A stretch of DNA of 64,000 nt from Deltaproteobacteria bacterium (lineage in GTDB: Bacteria > Desulfobacterota_D > UBA1144 > Nemesobacterales > CSP1-2): positions 77,185-141,184 of the forward strand of contig JBQTHB010000007.1 of the NCBI GenBank assembly GCA_052390235.1, read 5' to 3'. The position numbers and the translations under genes were made by a program. Shown here one piece after another: positions 59,668-64,000 of the stretch. The notes below the pieces were generated by a model. That model was not told the DNA's origin. It worked only from the letters and a program-made list of their open reading frames with translations, and did not search any database. The stretch's first letter is position 1; each line of letters starts with the position of its first letter.

Positions 59668-60411
59668 TTGAATTTAGCCCAAAAGCCTAAGAGAGCCTCA
59701 ATTTTTATCACCTGCCTGATAGACAACCTCTTTCCCGGAGTTGGGGTGAGCATGGTGAATGTCCTCAGAAGGGTCGGCGTGGAAGTGGATTTCCTAGATG
59801 AGCAGACCTGCTGCGGGCAGCCCGCGTTTAACAGCGGCTACAGGGGCGAGGCAAAAGCCCTTGCCGAGCGGTTTATCTCCGTCTTTGAGGGCGCGCCGTG
59901 TGTTGTTTGTCCATCCGGCTCGTGCGCTTCGATGGTCAAAATCTTCTATAGGGATTTATTTAAAGACGACCCCAGAATGCTGAGGCGCGCCGACGACATC
60001 TCTCATAAAACTTACGAGTTCTCACAATTTTTAGTCAACGTACTCGGAGTCGAGGACGTGGGGGCGAGCTACGGGGGTAGGGTTACCTATCATGACTCCT
60101 GCCACCTCCTGCGCGAACTCGGAGCGAAGGACGAGCCTAGGAGGCTGATTCGCGCCGTCCGCGGCGCCCAGCTCGTGGAGATGAGCCTCAATGATGCCTG
60201 CTGCGGCTTCGGCGGGACGTTCTCCGTCAAATTCCCGGATGTGTCAGCCGCAATGCTCGGTGAAAAGCTAGAGAGCATCGCCGAGACCGGAGCCAAAACC
60301 GTGGTGTCAACCGACATGGGATGTCTCATGCAAATCGGCGGGGCAATTAGCCGCAGAAAACTCCCAATAAGAGCAATGCACCTAGCCGAGCTTCTCGACT
60401 CCAGAGGCTAA
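59668..60411 (+). CDS. lutA: L-lactate utilisation protein A (CCG domains)
   Basis: FITCLID, QTCCGQPAFNSG, PSGSCA, YHDSCH, CCGFGGTFS; start uncertain (TTG 59668 chosen). Confidence 0.9.
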   Translation: MNLAQKPKRASIFITCLIDNLFPGVGVSMVNVLRRVGVEVDFLDEQTCCGQPAFNSGYRGEAKALAERFISVFEGAPCVVCPSGSCASMVKIFYRDLFKDDPRMLRRADDISHKTYEFSQFLVNVLGVEDVGASYGGRVTYHDSCHLLRELGAKDEPRRLIRAVRGAQLVEMSLNDACCGFGGTFSVKFPDVSAAMLGEKLESIAETGAKTVVSTDMGCLMQIGGAISRRKLPIRAMHLAELLDSRG

Positions 60412-60429
60412 CTTTTATAGAGGGACGGA

Positions 60430-61860
60430 GTGATGAACAGCCATAAAATCGAATTTAAGAAACACTCTGACTCCGCGCTGAAGAACGAGAACCTGCAAAA
60501 AGCGCTTCGAAACACCACAGACCGCTTCAGGGCGGCGCGCAGGAGAGCATCCGAAGAACGCCCCGATTGGGAGATACTCAGGACCCGCGCAAGAGCCATC
60601 AAAAAAGAGGTTATCTCGCGCCTTGATTTCTACCTCGAGGAGCTTGAAAGGGGAGTTATAAATGCCGGAGGCTCGGTTCACTGGGCAGTGGATGCGGACG
60701 AAGCGGCGCGGATAATTGTTGACATCGCCACAGCGAGCGGCACGGCGTCAGTGGTGAAGAGCAAGTCTATGGCAACCGAGGAGATAGAACTCAACCACGC
60801 CTTCGAGAGAGCCGGAATAAGACCTGTCGAAACAGACCTGGGCGAGTATATTATTCAGCTCGCCGGCGAGACTCCATCGCACATCATTGCTCCGGCAATC
60901 CACAAATCTAAAGCCGATATATCCAAGCTGTTCTCGGAAAAACTGGGAGTTCCTTACTATGACGACCCAAAGGATTTGACACGGGAGGCGAGGGCGAGAT
61001 TGAGGCAGGAGTTTCTCATCGCGGGCGTTGGGGTGTCGGGGGTGAACATAGCCGTCGCCGAAACGGGAACTATAGTCATAGTGGAGAACGAGGGGAATGC
61101 GCGGCTCTCGACTACGCTTCCCAAAATTCACGTTGCCCTTATGGGAATCGAGAAATTAATCCCGAAGTACGAGGATTTGCCGGTTTTCCTGAGCCTCCTA
61201 GCAAGGAGCGCGACGGGTCAGAAAATGTCAACCTATGTCTCTTTTATCACCGGGGCTAAGAGGGAGGGGGATTTGGACGGGGCTGAGCAGTTTCATCTGG
61301 TGATACTCGACAATGGAAGGTCGCAAATTCTAGCCTCGCCCGAAATGCGAGAGTCGCTCTACTGCATCCGATGCGGCGCATGCCTCAATATCTGTCCTGT
61401 CTATCGCCAGGTGGGAGGGCATTCCTACGGATGGGTGTATTCGGGGCCCATTGGGGCGATAATCACCCCTCAGTTACTGGGGATTGACAAGGCGCCGGAG
61501 CTTCCCTTTGCTTCTACTCTCTGCGGGGCGTGCAAGGACGTATGCCCGGTGAAAATTGACATTCCGCGCGTGCTTCTCAATCTCAGGAAAAGGATTATCG
61601 AGCGCAAATCTGCCGAGGGCACAGCGGCAGGGGGGTTAATCGAAAGAGCGGCGGTAAAGCTCTGGGCATTTGCGATGAGGCATGAGAAATTATATAAATT
61701 TGGGGCGGCGGCGGCATATTTCCTTCAAAAACCGTGGATTAGAGGGAAAATGATTAAATCCCTGCCGGCGCCGTTTTCAAATTGGACGAAGCATCGGGAT
61801 TTGACTCCGGTTGCGGGCGAGAGTTTTCGAGATAAATGGAAGCGGATGAAAAATGGCTGA
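60430..61860 (+). CDS. lutB: L-lactate utilisation Fe-S protein B
   Basis: KSKSM, ETDLGEYIIQL, CIRCGACLNICPVY, CKDVCPV. Confidence 0.93.
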   Translation: MMNSHKIEFKKHSDSALKNENLQKALRNTTDRFRAARRRASEERPDWEILRTRARAIKKEVISRLDFYLEELERGVINAGGSVHWAVDADEAARIIVDIATASGTASVVKSKSMATEEIELNHAFERAGIRPVETDLGEYIIQLAGETPSHIIAPAIHKSKADISKLFSEKLGVPYYDDPKDLTREARARLRQEFLIAGVGVSGVNIAVAETGTIVIVENEGNARLSTTLPKIHVALMGIEKLIPKYEDLPVFLSLLARSATGQKMSTYVSFITGAKREGDLDGAEQFHLVILDNGRSQILASPEMRESLYCIRCGACLNICPVYRQVGGHSYGWVYSGPIGAIITPQLLGIDKAPELPFASTLCGACKDVCPVKIDIPRVLLNLRKRIIERKSAEGTAAGGLIERAAVKLWAFAMRHEKLYKFGAAAAYFLQKPWIRGKMIKSLPAPFSNWTKHRDLTPVAGESFRDKWKRMKNG

Positions 61861-62524
61861 ACACTCGCGGGAGCGCGTACTGAAATCCATCAAAGCCGGA
61901 ATTTCCAGCGCCGGGGGCGAGGCTCACAGCGGGGACAGTCCCAGAGATTCCCATCAATTTGGGGAAACTGCGGCGTGGGGCGATAAAAAAACCTTGGCGG
62001 CGCAGTTTGCCGATGAGCTTGCCAAAGTGAGCGGCGTTGTGAAAATGTTTCGCAAAACTGGCGAGCTTCAGGATTTTATATCACAGTTCGCCGCCCAAAA
62101 TAGTTCCCAAGCATTTTCTATGTGGCAGACCGACTTTTTAAATTCCCTTAAATTGAGGCAGATTCTGACCGATATGGGGCTTCGAGAGTGCGCCGCTGAG
62201 GATAAATCTGACACGGCAACGGCGGATTTCGGGGTTACAGAGGCGGATTTCGCTATTGCCGATACGGGAACTCTGGTTCTGCTCTCTGCTCCGAACAAGC
62301 CGCGCACCGCATCGCTCGTGCCTCCGGTTCATATCGCCGTGCTGAAATCCGAGAACATAACTCCCAATATTCACGAGCTATTTGGGAAACTCCCCGCATC
62401 AGGTTTGCCCGCCTGCATGACTTTCATCACGGGCCCAAGCCGCACGGCCGACATCGAGCTTAACTTAACCCTCGGCGTCCATGGCCCAAAAGAGCTGTTC
62501 GTGCTGATTCTAGGTAGCGACTAG
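61853..62524 (+). CDS. lutC: L-lactate utilisation protein C
   Basis: AIADTGTL, RTASLVPPVH, ITGPSRTADIE..GVHGP. Confidence 0.9.
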   Translation: MAEHSRERVLKSIKAGISSAGGEAHSGDSPRDSHQFGETAAWGDKKTLAAQFADELAKVSGVVKMFRKTGELQDFISQFAAQNSSQAFSMWQTDFLNSLKLRQILTDMGLRECAAEDKSDTATADFGVTEADFAIADTGTLVLLSAPNKPRTASLVPPVHIAVLKSENITPNIHELFGKLPASGLPACMTFITGPSRTADIELNLTLGVHGPKELFVLILGSD

Positions 62525-63246
62525 CTCGATTGGGGCAGTGAATAGTCCCTCGCGTTGAGCTGCGCTCCGGTTACGCCGATGGATTCATCTGAGGCGAGAT
62601 AGATAAACACCGGAGTGACGCTATCCGGCGCGGGGAGCGTTATGGGGTCTTCCTCCGGGTATGCCGCCGCCCGCATTTCGGTGCGTGTTGCGCCGGGGTT
62701 GACGGTATTCACCCTAACGGGCGTGGACTTTAGCTCGTCCGCAAGCGCTTGAGTAAATCCTTCGAGGGCGAATTTGGATGCGGCATAAGCTCCCCAAAAT
62801 CCCCTGCCGCGCCGCCCGACGCTGGAGCTTACGTTGATGATTGACGCGCCGTGGGATTTTAATAACATCGGCAGGAGCGACTTAGTTACGAAAAACTGGG
62901 CGTTTAGGTTTACAGAGACGACTTCCTCCCACGCATCTTCGGGGTAATCGAGAATTGTCGCGCGCACTCCGAGGACGCTTGCGTTATTGACGAGAACATC
63001 GAGCTTTGTCCATTTTGCCTCGATATAGGATTTGATGCCGGCGACGTCTCTGCGGTCGGCAATGTTGGCGGCAAAATGGTCTATATCGCCGAGCAGAGAG
63101 AGTTCGCGGCGCGCCTCTAGGAGCTGTTCGACGGAGCGTCCGCATATTACGACCGATGCGCCGTGGAGGAGGTATGCGCGCGCAATGGCTTTTCCGATAC
63201 CCTTAGAGCCGCCGGTTATGAGCGCGGTTTTGTTGGTTAATTTCAT
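62521..63246 (-). CDS. YciK-like SDR oxidoreductase
   Basis: TGGSKGIG, SSSVGRRGR..WGAYAASK, NPGATRTEMRAAAYP. Confidence 0.88.
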   Translation of the reverse strand: MKLTNKTALITGGSKGIGKAIARAYLLHGASVVICGRSVEQLLEARRELSLLGDIDHFAANIADRRDVAGIKSYIEAKWTKLDVLVNNASVLGVRATILDYPEDAWEEVVSVNLNAQFFVTKSLLPMLLKSHGASIINVSSSVGRRGRGFWGAYAASKFALEGFTQALADELKSTPVRVNTVNPGATRTEMRAAAYPEEDPITLPAPDSVTPVFIYLASDESIGVTGAQLNARDYSLPQSS

Positions 63247-63487
63247 AGCAAATGGATTATACCTAAGCGCGTGGATTTGACGAAATATAACATCTGATAA
63301 TATATATTATGTTAAATAATATATCGCACTTCATGTATTCAGATATTCTCGCGCTAATATAAATTATTCGCCAAAAAACTCTATTGTTTATTAAAACAAA
63401 TAAATCGAGACTACCATTAATGATATTTTAATAAACTTCGTGTAACCTGTTTACGAACACAATAATGGGTGTATGGAGAATAAGCAA

Positions 63488-64000
63488 ATGAAACTATCGA
63501 GGGGTTGCCAACGGGTTTTTTTCGTACTTATTACAGCGTCTGCGGTCTTGATGTGTCTAAAATATCAGCGCCTGATTGCGTCTCATACTGAAATACCCAC
63601 CATCACAAATGTCGGAAGCGGCAACTGGTCTAGCCCTCTTACATGGGATAGAGCCAGAGTTCCCAGAGCAGAGGACGTTGTTCTCATTAAACCCAACACG
63701 GCCGTTACGTACAATGTCTGGAGCGAGGTTGACATTAAGCAGGTTATTGTTGACGGAGAGCTTCGTTTCAGCAGATTTGCAGATACTAATCTCGATACGG
63801 GAAGCCTAATAGTGAATCCCTCCGGCTATTTGGAGATTGGCACGCAATCGTTCCCAATACCTTCATATACGACGACTCAAATCCGGCTTACTGGAAATGC
63901 GGTTAAGAGTCCCGGGGGCGACCCGAACAATATGCAGGCGATGAGCCAAGGGGCGCTAATGGTAATGGGCGAGGCGCAGATGCACGGGAGCGTCAAGAGC
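63488..64000 (+). CDS. G8-domain protein, 5' part (runs off the window; absent from the ORF track)
   Basis: GGAG RBS, ATG 63488, open to the end: hydrophobic leader, then SGNWSSPLTW..VP..DVVLI..VIVDGELRF..GYLEIGT..GEAQMHG. Confidence 0.75.
   Translation, partial: MKLSRGCQRVFFVLITASAVLMCLKYQRLIASHTEIPTITNVGSGNWSSPLTWDRARVPRAEDVVLIKPNTAVTYNVWSEVDIKQVIVDGELRFSRFADTNLDTGSLIVNPSGYLEIGTQSFPIPSYTTTQIRLTGNAVKSPGGDPNNMQAMSQGALMVMGEAQMHGSVKS

Noticed and set aside
63576..63809. 77-aa ORF from the track
   Set aside because: Out-of-frame shadow of the G8-domain reading frame starting at 63488
1..64000. tRNA, rRNA, CRISPR arrays, IS elements
   Set aside because: None recognised by eye; tRNAscan-SE, Infernal and ISEScan runs would be needed to exclude them formally

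Overview
Bacterial chromosomal window, gene-dense and mostly housekeeping or metabolic: phrB, menG/ubiE, metF, aroC, nuoABCD, lolA-ftsK, glgA, mqnC, ptsH, pepA, ilvE, lipB-lpdA/aceE-aceF, ileS, lutABC. The gene mix suggests a diderm of the former deltaproteobacterial radiation, possibly Dadabacteria-like (tentative inference). I recognised no rRNA, tRNA, CRISPR array, integrase or transposase. Signals not explained by the ORF track: (1) a Fur-boxed sigma70 promoter driving a ~105-nt non-coding hairpin with a CU-rich, anti-Shine-Dalgarno-like loop (candidate iron-sparing sRNA); (2) right beside it, a Fur-boxed ApbE / porin / FMN-binding protein / His-containing membrane protein locus (candidate flavinylation-based iron acquisition or extracytosolic electron transfer); (3) an integrase-less array of integron-type gene cassettes joined by collapsed ~18-20 bp attC-like sites (19.8-21.9 kb); (4) a 78-bp, 71/78-identical copy of a photolyase segment 42 kb away; (5) repeated leaderless-type promoter geometry; (6) a G8-domain gene running off the right edge. 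All calls are by-eye motif recognition; no database searches were run.
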